DNA from: Diadema antillarum
Lineage: Eukaryota
Assembly: GCF_040938485.1 (NCBI RefSeq)
Contig: NW_027271504.1
Location: 1,302,001-1,366,000, forward strand
Length of the DNA stretch: 64,000 nt
Reading direction: 5' to 3'
The notes below the pieces were generated by a model. The model saw only the letters and a program-made list of their open reading frames with translations. It was not told the DNA's origin and did not search any database. Position 1 is the stretch's first letter, and every line of letters starts with the position of its first letter. The position numbers and the translations under genes are program-made. Shown piece by piece: positions 37,835 to 50,700 of this stretch.

Positions 37835-38165
37835 GTAGGTGTCCAACACATCAACACTACAGTGAAACCGACACCCCTCTATTATAGCATTGCGCATACA
37901 AAACAAACATTCACACATGAGACTACGTGCGGTGGTTTTGCATTCTTCACTGGGGATTTGAAGATGTCTAAATATTACTGAAAAACCCAATAATAAACAG
38001 GATCAACAGCAAAACAATGATACCGTTGATTATAAATGCACACTGAAAAAGCATTACGTGCATTTCACACGTAACGTATTGTCAATGGAGGAAAGGGGTG
38101 TCGGTCTCAAAATCACGGCGCAACTGGGCGCGTCAAAATAACACCCCGCACGTTTGAAGCAGTTA
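37835..38165. mobile_element. Interspersed repeat with subterminal inverted repeat (HINE-like), copy 1
   Basis: gtaggtgtccaacacatc..gaaaccgacacccct ... aggggtgtcggtctc..gtttgaagcagtta; paralogous to 39317-40488. Confidence 0.55.
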
Positions 38166-38364
38166 CCAAGTGTATCTTGTAGTGTGTACTGCAAATGCGT
38201 CACATTTTTGATGCGCGCTTGTGAATTCAGAGTGTGTTTTCTTGACATGTGAGTAAAATTTCAGGCAAATTGTGAGATATTTTAAGTTTCTCTTGATAGA
38301 ACAACATTACGGTGTTGATGTATTGGACACTCACCCATATCCCATAGTATAGATACTCCTGTGT

Positions 38365-39304
38365 ATTAAAGCTCTGTACTAAAGTTTCTCGTAGTGTTGG
38401 TATCATATCCAAGTTACGTCTCTATTTACCAAAAGAAACCTTAATTACTCTGTATAATGCCATAGTTATGCCTCATTTAATGTACTGTAATGTAGCTTGG
38501 GGAAATACTTATAAGACTCATATAGATAAGTTGATTGTTCTTCAGAAAAAAGTTGTAAGGTATATTACAAATTCAAACTATAGAAGTCCAAGTTTGCCAT
38601 TTTTTATTCAACTTCATATTTTGCCATTTGAAAAATTAGTTATCTTGAGTTGCTTGATTTTTATGTTTAAGACACAAGGTGATCCGAAATCTTTCATGAA
38701 GGATGCGTTTGTGTTAAATTCTACCGTTCATGCTTATAATACGCGTAAAAGTAATCTAATTCATCAACCCTTTGCAAGAACTCAAACTGCCCAAAATTCA
38801 TTTGTATATGTTTGTATTAGAGAATGGAATAATTTGCCATTGAGAATTAGGTCAGCCTCATCACTATCCAACTTTAAACGTACATGTCGCATTTATCTTG
38901 AGGGAAATTTGTAAAACAAGAATGATCAGGGAAGCTGAATTTAAAAGTATAGTAAAATAGAAAGTATCTTTCTGCAATTTCATGTGAATTATATGTATGT
39001 GCATGAGAGTTTTTGTGACACGTGTTTGTGTGATTGAATGTGTGTGTGTGAGCGTGTATGTGTGTGTGTGCGCGTGTTGCATCTGTTCTATGTAAATATG
39101 TTACTATTATACTTCTTGTTAATATGTTTAAAACTTTAGTATGTTTTGCTTTGTTTTATATGTTTATCCGGGACCCCTTTTTTACAAGCTCTGCTTCTTT
39201 TGGGGTCCCAAACCATTCATTATTCTTAATGCTGTATCCTTTTGTAAAATGTCAAATGTTTAAATGAATTGGTTAAATAAACTTGAAACTTGAAACTTGA
39301 AACT
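38365..39304 (+). mobile_element. 5'-truncated LINE (L2/CR1-group) 3' end
   Basis: Frame LCTKVSRSVGIISKLRLYLPKETLITLYNAIVMPHLMYCNVAWGNTYKTHIDKLIVLQKKVVRYI..WNNLP..IRSASSLSNFKR is typical of non-LTR RT C-termini. The 3' UTR has a GGGACCCC/GGGGTCCC stem (39170-39209) and an (AAACTTG)n tail. Confidence 0.85.
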
Positions 39305-39429
39305 AGATCTAACATGTAGGTGTCCAACACATCGACACTGTAGAAATTATCTAGTCTACATTGAAACCGACACCCCTTACAATATTTTTCATTACGACAT
39401 TTCGCGTAGGTTCCTACAAACGAACATTT

Positions 39430-40196
39430 CAGTTCGGGAAACCCACTCACAAGGGGGGCCCCTCCTTATAAGTAACCCGTCCCCCTTATAAGTAACCCCG
39501 TCCCCCTTATAAGTAACCCCCGGGGCACCCCTTATAAGGAGTCTCCACGCTTTTTTGCAATGCAACGCGAAAATGAAAGGACTGCGGCAATTCGCTTGAT
39601 TATGTCCATAAAGCTTCACAAGTTTCCTAGTTACTCACGAAATTTGAGCAAAATCGGTTTGAGGCATCATATCTAAAATCATGGATTTAAATGCGATGTC
39701 AAACGACCCATGCGAATGCTGAAATGCGAGCGATTACTGGCGTGAGTGTCGCCAGGCGCGGCGGCGCGGCAATGCTTGAGTGCAGACGTGGCGACTGAGT
39801 ACGGAGACTTTCGTTCATTCAGGTGGCTAAGTTGCCACGTCTGCACTCAAGCATTGCCGCGCCGCCGCGCCTGGCGACACTCACGCCAGTAATCGCTCGC
39901 ATTTCAGCATTCGCATGGGTCGTTTGACATCGCATTTAAATCCATGATTTTAGATATGATGCCTCAAACCGATTTTGCTCAAATTTCGTGAGTAACTAGG
40001 AAACTTGTGAAGTTTTATGGACATAATCAAGCAAATTGCCGCAGTCCTTTCATTATCGCGTTGCATTGCAAAAAAGCGTGGAGACTCCTTATAAGGGGTG
40101 CCCCGGGGGTTACTTATAAGGGGGACGGGGTTACTTATAAGGGGGAGGGGTTACTTATAAGGAGGGGCCCCCCTTGTGAGTGGGTTTCCCGAACTG
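39430..40196. mobile_element. 767-bp foldback DNA element (367-bp arms, 33-bp loop, ATTT TSD)
   Basis: Arms 39430-39796 and 39830-40196 are reverse complements with about 5 mismatches by eye; CAG..CTG termini; ATTT on both sides (39426-39429, 40197-40200). Confidence 0.9.
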
Positions 40197-40808
40197 ATTT
40201 GCACATGAGACACTGGGCCTGGGGATTTGATGATGTTGAAATATTATTATTGAAAAACCTGATAAGATCAACAGCAAAACAATGATACCAAAGATTAATG
40301 ACCCATTGGAAAAGCATTAGAGTTTCTATATAAACAATGTCAATGTTCTACGTGCATTTCACAAGACATGTGACGTATTGTCAATGCTAATGGAGGGTAG
40401 GCATGGTAGGGGTGTTGGTTTCAAAACTACGGCACAGCACAACTGAGTGAGTGCGTCAAAATAACAACCCACGCGTTTGAAGCAGTTATCTCTGTTCTTT
40501 GTCAAATCCTCCTATGCCGATTCTTGAATCCTTTAACTATTAATACATCATATTCATAGACATGATAATAGACCATATCTAATGCATTTTTGTTCATGAC
40601 TGTAGTGTATGTCCATCAATACTCAATAGTCAAATAGCATGGTAGAATATATGGTCTTCCAAACTTTTGACCCTGGCCCCAGCACCACGTCACCAGCTTT
40701 TTTTTTTTTTTTTCTTGTCTTTTCTTTAGATGGTCTATTTATTTTCTTTATTATACATAAATATCTAGTCTAGAAAACCAAAAAAAAAAAAAAATTGTTC
40801 ATACTCAC

Positions 40809-40950
40809 CGACAGGAACTTCACTGTTTATGTTCTACGAGGTAGATCTCCTTCCTCACAACTGTGCTGTGAGCAGTTATCTGCACAAATGAATGGCACCA
40901 AAAGACCACCCTAAACATACACAATTCAAGTCGTCTCCAACGCTATAAAA
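40809..40950 (-). other. Probable non-coding first exon of TEKT1
   Basis: Strong minus-strand donor CG|GTGAGTAT at 40808 and a good acceptor (tctcttcacag) at 37652, 55 nt upstream of the TEKT1 ATG. The 5' boundary is approximate. Confidence 0.5.
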
Positions 40951-41708
40951 CGTATTTGGTACCGTAGGCGCCTGTGTGCATGTGTACCGCCGATAGAAGC
41001 TCGATGTTTGTGTCGCGGCATAGCAACAGACGTTGTATTTTCTGTTAGGGGAGTGCATACTTGGACTAAAAATGGTGCGAACATACGGTCACTAATTACC
41101 ACGACATTATTTTGTTTTTCTTTCGTTAATTATGAATAAAAATTTAATAGTGATTTATTTTAGCTATCTAGGTAAGTTTTAACGAGATGAGCACAGATTA
41201 ACAACGTAATTTTAAACAACTGATAGAGTACTGTACCCTATAATAAAGTGGTATATTCCTACATTGACGAGATCCAGCACTTCCGCATACGTCATTACGT
41301 ATCTCGAAGGAGACGTGACTTTAATTGAGTTTGCGAGATTCAGCGAAACTTTCAAAAGCGCGAGATCGTCTGCTTCAGTTGACCTCTGACCGCACACACC
41401 CCCATGACGTAGCGTACCACTCGGGTACCAAAATACCGTGTTCTTTTCTACGAGATCCAGCTGAATGTGAATGCTGCATTGTGATCAAGAGCTGCATGCA
41501 TCGCTCCACTCCGAGATCCTCGGGCGAGGAATCACGCGATCTGCAGTGCAACTGTTACGATCTGTAACGAGCTCTCCAGCTAACTTGCTGAAGTTTGCTT
41601 CGACACTACAGTATCCAAGCTTCAGATTTGGTTTAGCTCTTTTCTAGTGCGTGGTAGCGTCTGAAAAGTTGAAGGTGCTTCAGCTGTTCAGTTATTAGCA
41701 GCAATACA
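40950..41708. promoter_or_regulatory. CpG-rich bidirectional promoter region between TEKT1 and SLC25A1
   Basis: Head-to-head genes and local CpG enrichment. RFX X-box-like GTCGCGGCATAGCAAC at 41012-41027, ETS-like CACTTCCG near 41279, DR1-like TGACCTCTGACCG at 41380-41392, CRE half-site near 41405. Motif matches only. Confidence 0.45.
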
Positions 41709-44700
41709 ATGAGTTCACTTCCTAATAACCCGGAGCTCCGTCTCAACGACGTCGGAGGCACTGTAGTTCGTCGGAATTTGTTCGGCAGTCCCACTCCCAG
41801 GACATTCGCCGCTGCTGCAGCAGCTCCTCAACGTACAGGAGGCAAAAAGACACATCCCGGCAAAGCGATCCTTGCAGGCAAGTAGGCTAAGTTATCATAC
41901 TTCCTAACCTTTTAGGACCTTTGAATATGTCTACCCCCTCCAAACTTTATCATTCATGGGGACAAGTTCGTCATGTTAAACATCAGTCCGGCAGTAATTT
42001 ACCATACCATAACCAGAGTCCAGACTCCGTTGTTTGAAGGAGAATTGAAACTTTCAATGATAATTCAATAGTTTCATAAATTCAGTGCGGGAAACCCGCT
42101 CATGAGGACCGCTCCCGCGTACGAGGACTGCCCCGCCTCATGAGGACCGCCCCCACGCCTCATGAGGCCCGGGGGGGAATGCCTCATGAGGCCCCCTATT
42201 CACTTCTTATTCATCTCACATCTGACGTATAAATTGTCGCAACTTTGCACAGTGATTTTTTGTTACATACACATGTCCACTATCCATGATGAAAAGAAGA
42301 AAAGAAGAAAAAATCCTGTCTGGTTTTTTTCTTCAAAAATCGAGTTTTAATCAACCGATGCAGAGCGCCCATCAAAACACGGGCGCCAGCGTGTTCGCAC
42401 AATGCAAGACTGCCGCACCTAGCGGCCTGATCTGACTTTTGAATCAATCCAAGTACAATTTCAGGGTATGAAACTATAACGCATTGCCCACATCTTACAG
42501 AAAACCCCATTCGATTTGCTTCGGTGGTCAAAGAGAAATGAGGAATTTTGTAGAGCATGTCAAGAATCTCTTTCCTCCAAGTTCTGTCTATTGTGTTTAC
42601 ATGCAGTTCCAAGAGCATCCAAGTGCTAAACTTGGAAGAATCAGACTCATGACATGCTTTACAACAATCCACATTTCTCTGTGACCGCTTACCCAAATTG
42701 AAAGGGGTTTTCTGCAAAATAGAGCTAAGATGTTATATTTTAAGACCCTGAAGTAGCATTTGGACTGTGCAATCATATTGGGTGTTATCAATGCAAAAAT
42801 CCCATTGTATTTTTTTTTTTGACATACTGTACTACTGTACTTGATGGTACTGATAGTACTAGTGAAAAGTGATAGCGCTAACATGTTAGAAGTCTATTAA
42901 AGTACATACATGAACATGGCATTGGTGACTGCGTAGTGTCAAGCTTGTGCTTGGTGGATTTGGAGATGCCCCACTCATCAGTGCGGGGAAGGGGGGAGGA
43001 AGGTGGCAGAACAATTAGCGCCCAATTTTTACATTTTCGGCTTCTTGACAATCGTATTTACTTGCGATCGTGACAGATTTCCATCAAACTTGACCATGTA
43101 TAGCATTCCTAGATCTCAGGCAGTACTGTCACCAGGTGATAGGATTTTACTATTTTTTATTTATTTTTTTTTTCAAATGGGGGGGGGGGGAACCAAGTTG
43201 TAGCCCAATTTTCACATTTTTTTATTTTTTTCTTGTAAATACATGATCAAATTTTCAGCAAACTTGGCAGAGATTTTTGTTCACCTCTAGGATGAACAAA
43301 TGGGCACCATGCCTAACTTGGGACCCAAATTTATGAATCTTAAAAGAAATATTCAGGAGTAGTGGCCCCCTTAGGTCCAGGACCAAATTAGGATCCAATT
43401 TTTGCATTTTTGTCTTCTTTTTGAAAGCATATCGCCTTGGTCAAATTTTCTACAAAACTTGACAGGTTTTTATTACCAGTGAGCCCTTAAATGGACACCA
43501 TGTCTTCCAGGAGGTCCCCCAAAGCTCCCCAAGTTTGCTTCACTCTTCTTTCATTCTGCAAAAATGTGTGAAAGATGAACTTGCAATACTTGGATGAGAG
43601 CGAGACCCCAGTTCCCTTGTTTCTGTTCAAAGTTGCTGAGCACTGACTTTTGGATTCGCAATTTGTCTTGAGCTGCATCTTACAAGCAAGTGTTGCCTAT
43701 AAAATCAACTCATTGAGGTTTATCCAAAGTGTGCAACTCTAGTAAAATAGCAAAGTTTGCATCCTAGAGATACTGGGCGCTGCAACTTTCACTATGGTGT
43801 CTATCCTCGGACCTCACGTTAAACATAGGTCCTACTGTGTGTATTGGCAAGCCCGCATGATGTGATGATAAAAATTCATGTTTAATTGAGGAATATTGTT
43901 TAAAACTCCAGGAACTGTCTCTGTGTCTCACAGACCTTTAAAAAAAGACATGATATAGGATACATTCTTGTATTTTTATCATTTTAAGAGAAATTGATAT
44001 CACACTTCAATCCTCCAACTTTGTAAATGTACTCATATAAATTAAAGGGATGGTATAGTTTTGGTTGAAATGGGGCTTCAGGTTTGCAGCTTTTTTGTGA
44101 GATTTATTAAATGAGAAACCTTTTATGAAATATGAAAGAGTACATAATTCTAAGAGGAATTCAATGTTTATTTGATGAATATTTGTTTTGAAATGCCTGA
44201 AATGCCAAAAAGCAAAGATGTTCTCAAAAAAGGTGGGACCCACCTTTTATTGGGACCACTTTGTTTTACTTTATCTACATCAGCCTTTTCAAAGCTTGAT
44301 TTTCATCAAATAAATTTTGAATTCCTCTTGAAAATGTATGCTCTGTCATATTTTATAAGTGATTTCTAGTCATCTAGCAAAAATTTAATCTGAATCCCCA
44401 ATCTCAACCAAAATTATACCATCCCTATAAAGAATAAGTATTGTAAGTCACATCACATGAAGCTCTAGACAAAAGAGTATGAAGCTCTTTGGTATCTCAT
44501 ATCTTAACACTATGACTTTATTGAAAAGAAATGTCAGATATTAGTTTAGTGCAGTGGCGGATCCAGAGGGGGGCGCAAGAGGTGCACCCCCCCCCCCCTT
44601 TATTTATTGTTAAAAACACAAGAAATAAAAAGAAAAAAATGAAATGAAACCCGGAAGTGGCACCAAAAATAATAGTTACGCCCCCCCTTTACAGAATTCC

Positions 44701-47700
44701 TGGATCCGCCCCTGTTAGTGTACATGGATAATTTTATGCTCTTCCAATTCAGGCTTTTTCTCCTTTTTCTTTCATTTTTTTTTTTTGTGTGTGTGTGAAG
44801 GTTACAGTGTTTTGAGAGTCTCTTCTCCTTTGATACAACTGTATTATATACTGTTTGTACTTGTTCTTGGAACAGATCCAAGTTTGCAGCTTGTCTTCAT
44901 AAAGTTAGTTCCACAACCATTCTGTTTTTCAAAGAACTATTAGTACCTTGGTACTGGTATTCATTGATTCAGCAGGGCTCAGGGAAATGGTTTTTCATAA
45001 AAAAGAAGAAGACGAACATGAGTCTGTGTTTGTGCATAGTGCGTGAACATGTTTGTCGGTGAATAGACTACTTATAAAGGTATTCAACAAGGTGTGTATT
45101 AAAAAAATAAATAAATGCTAGCATGCCTGTCTCTGAGAAGCAGTTTTCAAGGCTTTTTGCAATGGATGAATGGGATGCTACTTTTGCATCCTTGTGGCAT
45201 CAATTTCTTTTTTATAAGTACAAGATACAGGTATGTGGCAGCATTCTCTGTACATGCAAAGATCCTCAAATGTGTGATGTGAGTGGTACCAGTATCATTT
45301 CCCCTGTAATGTGTGGAGTACCAGCAGGACCTTTTGCAGGAAGCTCATAAAAACAGATCCCAGTATTTCATAGTGCTGGGCAAAGAAATGAGGACTACTG
45401 AAAGAAAGAAAAACAAAAGTCTGTATAATGGATTATAGGGACTTTGTCTTAGTTTCTTTCAGACTTTCCCAGTATAATGTTGATGCTGCCTCCTTATGGT
45501 GGCTTATGTTGGTGAACAAATTGTCAGACTTTGGTGTCACTCAAGTGACAAATGTGCAGATTAAATGTCATTTTTGATACACTTCTATTTCTCATCTGTA
45601 ATTAATGTTTGCTAGTTTATTTCTATCTTTCATCTTTCATTTCTCTTTCATGAAAGATTACAATGTTCATACATTATGCACCTAGAATTGTGGGATGCTG
45701 CAGCCTCCTTACCACATTTTCAATTGTTGATTGCATAGGATAAATGGAAAAACTGTCAGAATGTGCATGAGAGGGATGTAGTCACCCAAGTGACGAATGG
45801 CCAGTAAGCTATGGGATGTCATTTCTGAAACACTTTAATACAAATCGCTGTAAATGGTCTATCAATCATTAATGTTTGATATTTCCTTGAATCTTTTTTT
45901 TTTCTAGAGCCTGTACATGCATACAGAACGACTTTGTTTTGTGTGAATACAACTGATCGTGAGCTGTATACAGAGTGTCTTATTAACAATGTATTTTACC
46001 TTCTAGGATTTTATACGCGAAAATGTGATGATAAGACTCATTGTGCACATTATTTACCTTCCCAGGGAATCATGGTTAGAGAGAATTTTATCTGAAAGGG
46101 ATGACAATGTACCCATCTTGGTCATTTCAAGGATCTAACCTAGATGCTATGGAATAGGCCCATATGCTTACTAAGCTGTTTTAGATTTTCATTCCAGTTT
46201 TCAAGTGAGCTTGTGAACACAAAAGATAGAACAGTTCATTTAGCAATGTAATAGCATTGAATATATTTGGGTGTGTATAACATATTTTGGAGCTCTAACA
46301 CTCCATTTTATGTGTAGATGTGCTGGCTAAGTCTATCAAGTATTCTCAAAATTTAAGTCAGATTACTAGAATCTTGAGCAGAAGTATTCTCTCAAAAAAT
46401 ATGTGCAATCTCTCACGGTAGAAAATTCAAATTAAAAGGTTCACTGTCTAAATTTAGAATGCAACCTTAATGTGACTCATCTGATCCAAATGGCAATAAC
46501 TTTTTCCTGTGGTAGATGTTATCATTTTTTTTTCTCTCATTATGGATTTCATCATTGCTTATCAAAAGCAGACACCTTATACTCATATTTGTTTCATGCA
46601 TCACTTTAAAATTCAGAGGCAGTAATGAGAGTTACTGCTACATGTAATTACAGCAAAAATTTGGTCAGCACACATTCCATGTATTTATGCATTCAATTAA
46701 TTATCATGTTGCAAATGGTGTGCAACATTGGATTAAATGACACCAGCCTTCACTAACTGTTTTCCCTCTTTTTACAATGCTTACACATTGACAAAATTCA
46801 TGAAAAAGTGAAAGGGCTGTAGAAGAGGCAAGCTTCCAATCATTTTAGTATAACACATTTTATATGTACAGTATAAAAATAAAAGAAATTGATTTATAAA
46901 CGATTAGCTCTCCAGTCATCCAGCAGTCATTGCAGCAGCATCGTGGGACGCTTCTTTGATTAATCCTAATCATCTGGTGCATGATTAGCCCCCTTGACTT
47001 GCGTGCTGTCTGCAGAGAGAAATCCAATTACAGAATTGCGTGGGTTGGAGGGGAACGTCATCGTGGCTATTGATAGATGGGATATATCCACTGCCTCTGA
47101 CACCAAACCTTTTCACCTGACATTTGCCTTGGCTGACCAAGCTGCGTCATGTTACATTGTATGTACCATACCATACTAAATGTGTGTCAGCTGTACTGTG
47201 TGCGTCTTACTATCATCAACAAACTATTGGCATTGGACCAGAATGCCATCACATTCAAATAAACAGACAACCATGATGACCTGACACACATTACATCTAA
47301 GATCTGGATTTAACAGGCTTACCAGGTACTTTAGACAAAGTATTGCACAGTGCATTCTCAAATATCTCATTGTGGTATGCCAAGAATGTATCTCACTTAA
47401 TGGTGTCTTTGAAGCATGGAACAATTTTTTTTCAAACTCTGTATCAAATGTTGTTGTTGTTGCTTTTGATAAAGAAAGAAAGAAGAGAGAAAAGAAAATT
47501 GGGGCCCTATACAAATAATTTGCCCCAGACAACACTAACATAAAACAAACATTATAAATCTAGGAGATATTAAACAAGAATCAGCATTTGTATCAAATGC
47601 TGATTAATTTTAACCTTTTTGCATACTAACTACATGTAATGAATTTAAAAGCATTTCGATATAAAATGTAGTCGATTGTGAACATAATTCAAGCAGGCAT

Positions 47701-50700
47701 CAGCACTCTCAATGATGTTAACCCTATACTAACTGGGCTATTTGAGACCAAGTTTTTACTGGGGGTGGGGGGGTCAATTTGACCCCCCTTCAGATCTCGG
47801 CCACCGATCACGCGATCGCCGCAAAATTTTGCCTGAACATAGAGCTGGATGTCAACTACAAGACTACATGGTCATACAATAGAAAAATGTTGATTTCATA
47901 TTTTTTAATAAATTAATCTTGCAAATTAATGCATGAAATCATATTTTCACCTATAACTCCATCAAAAAGACTGAAGGATTGCTAAATTTTTGTGTCAGAG
48001 TTCCTTAAGACACATCAAACAATTTACTTGTAAAAAAATAGCGCAATCAAAATCAGATTCTTTTGTTTTTTATTATTTTGTTAATTTCTTATGTATTTTA
48101 TCGTTTTTTCGATCTTTTGTTTTCTATTGTTTTTTTGCCAAAATTTGTTGGAGGCACTTTTTCAAGCTTATCTACATTAGAATTGATTTATTTCAATAGT
48201 TAAAAGTTGAAATAATCTAATTTATATCAATTAAACAAAAAAATACAGTTTGCATTGGATTTGCACACGAAATCATGAATTTGAGCAGTTTTCGGGTTGA
48301 CATGCATATGCAAAACATTGCGTAACTTCAGAATGGTGTACCCGGACGTCGCAAATTTGGTCTCAAAATATGTTGGAGACTTCAATGAAAAAAGTCATGA
48401 AACGACGCGGCAAAATCTCTGGGCGTTGCGGAATCGTGGCGCGTTGCGGAATCGTGGCACGAAACGTTGAGGGGGGTCAATTTGACCCCCCAGTTAGAAT
48501 AGGGTTAAAGGATGACAAAATTAATTTGTGTTTGGTAAAAAAAAAAAGAAATGATATCTTAGTTGTGATTAGCAGAAGGGCATTGAAAATGTGCATGATG
48601 TGGTTTATTTCTCTTGATGTATATGGAAGCCCAACACTAGACTCAGCTGCCACTGGTATTTGGGTATGATAAGAACTCATCACATTCTATAAAAGTACCT
48701 GGTAGGCTTATCATCTCACAAAATGCAACAACAATGACAAAAGTGTAATAATGTATGTAAAGTAGATCCCCTTTACTCAGACACATCGTGAGAGAGAAGA
48801 AAAAAATGCTCTATTGGCAGTGAGTGAGCATGTACTGTACATATGCAGCTGTTTCGGCTTCGATCAAAATATTCCTTACACCCGAAAATAGAATTTACCA
48901 TCCCAAACAATTTCACTCTGTCTCACAAAAGATACCTCATCAAATTTGGGGGGAAATCATGACAAAAATGCCATGCCAGCCTGGATAAAGGTGAGTCCCT
49001 TTATGTAATATATGTAATCACCTCATTTAGAGGCTAGATGCGCTTCCTTTTAAATTCAAGGTAGATATGTTAAACACGTTTCCATGTAGGTTCGTAAAAC
49101 ACGTATACAATTTTTGAGTGGTGAAACAGTAGTGTTCCTCAGAGTTTGAGCAGAAGACTCCCCTTTGCAGATTTCAGAACTGGAATGAAACAAGTTGGTT
49201 TACTTCTAGATATAAAGGAAATAGGAAAATGTTGAATCTGTTATTTTTAATAATATTTTCATATAAGTTGTTAGTTTTTCTTATAAAACAGCGTTCATGT
49301 CTCTATGAGGAATTGTGTTTAAGTGTGAGACCAAAGTGGTTTTATGTGCTCTCCTGTGCCCTGGAAATTCGGAACTCACGTAGCAGTAAACCACACACTC
49401 ACGCGTGCAAGTGCCTGGTGATTTGCCTTATGTACACTTACAGTTGTATGTGTTGTATGTGTGTGTGATTGACTTTTGGCTTCAGGGATAACTGGTTGAG
49501 TGATATACACCATACATCCACAGTGCCTTCTTTTCATTCACTTGATATGGTGTTCATTGAGCTTTACACAGTTACCCCCCCCCCCCCCCCATGCTTTACA
49601 AAACCATACTTGTACCATTATGGCTCAAAAATTCCAGGTCAGGTCTTCTCTGATTTTGGTAGCACTGTTGTTTTCATCATTTAAGAATCGTATTCCACAG
49701 TAATGTCCCCACAAAGTGACTTTCATAGACTGAATGGCTGAAAGAAAACAAGGACTTTATCCTACAAGTATGGCTAGGCTTGCTAACCTCGGTTGTTTGC
49801 TGTATAAACAAAACAACTGAAACGTGACAGAAAGACAGAATGAAATCTGTCCTGCCCCCTCTCTATCTCTCTCTCCCTCTCTCTCTCTCTGTCTCTCCTA
49901 TGTAGTAAACTGAAGTAACTCATATTCTTTGGTATACATGTAGCTTCTTTTACAGAGCTTTGCATTTTGATTTATAGTCCTTGTTGGCCACTAAAAAGAA
50001 GGCAGGTTGGTAATCCATTTCATCCTCTCATAGTTGTCCTGCTGTGTAGTATTGGTATTAGGCCAATGATGTCTGGTTGAATTACAACACTCAACTCACA
50101 AGGCAATCTACCCTTCAAATTTTTCTGCAGGTGGTATCGCTGGCGGGATCGAAATCTGCATTACATTCCCGACAGAGTATGTAAAGACCCAGCTCCAGCT
50201 GGACGAAAGGGCCGCCAAGCCACTGTACCGAGGGCCCATCCACTGTGTGAAGTTGACCGTACGAGACCATGGGGTCAGGGGTCTCTACAGGGGCCTCAGT
50301 CCGCTACTCTACGGATCTATACCAAAGTCTGCCGTCAGGTATGTGTGCAGATCGAAACCCCTGGCCTTTAGAAGGGGAATGAAACTTAAATATCAAAGGG
50401 ATGGTATACAGTAGTATTGAGTGAATGCAAAAGTATCAGTAGAATTACTAGAACACATTTTGAAGTTTGAGGAAAATCTGACTATCTGTTCAAAAGTATA
50501 AATAAATTGTTAAACTTTCGGTACAGTAATCACTGGATAGGAAAATGACAACATTTCACGATGTCACAGTCAACAATGATGCGAAGAAAATACAAAGAAA
50601 TTCTTTTAAATGTCATATTTGATTAAAAGTACACATTCCTTCCACTTGCTCCTGACATAAAGGTGATGTTATTTGATCCACCTTCTGAGAGAGACAAGCC

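Noticed and set aside
39455-39540. Regularly spaced CCCCTTATAAGTAA repeats resembling a CRISPR array
   Set aside because: There are no unique spacers and no cas genes, the context is eukaryotic, and they are subterminal repeats mirrored in the other arm of the foldback.
37835-40488. Direct repeats flanking the LINE as a giant target-site duplication or LTR pair
   Set aside because: The copies are far more diverged than the LINE appears, about 200 bp separate copy 1 from the LINE, and each has its own subterminal IR.
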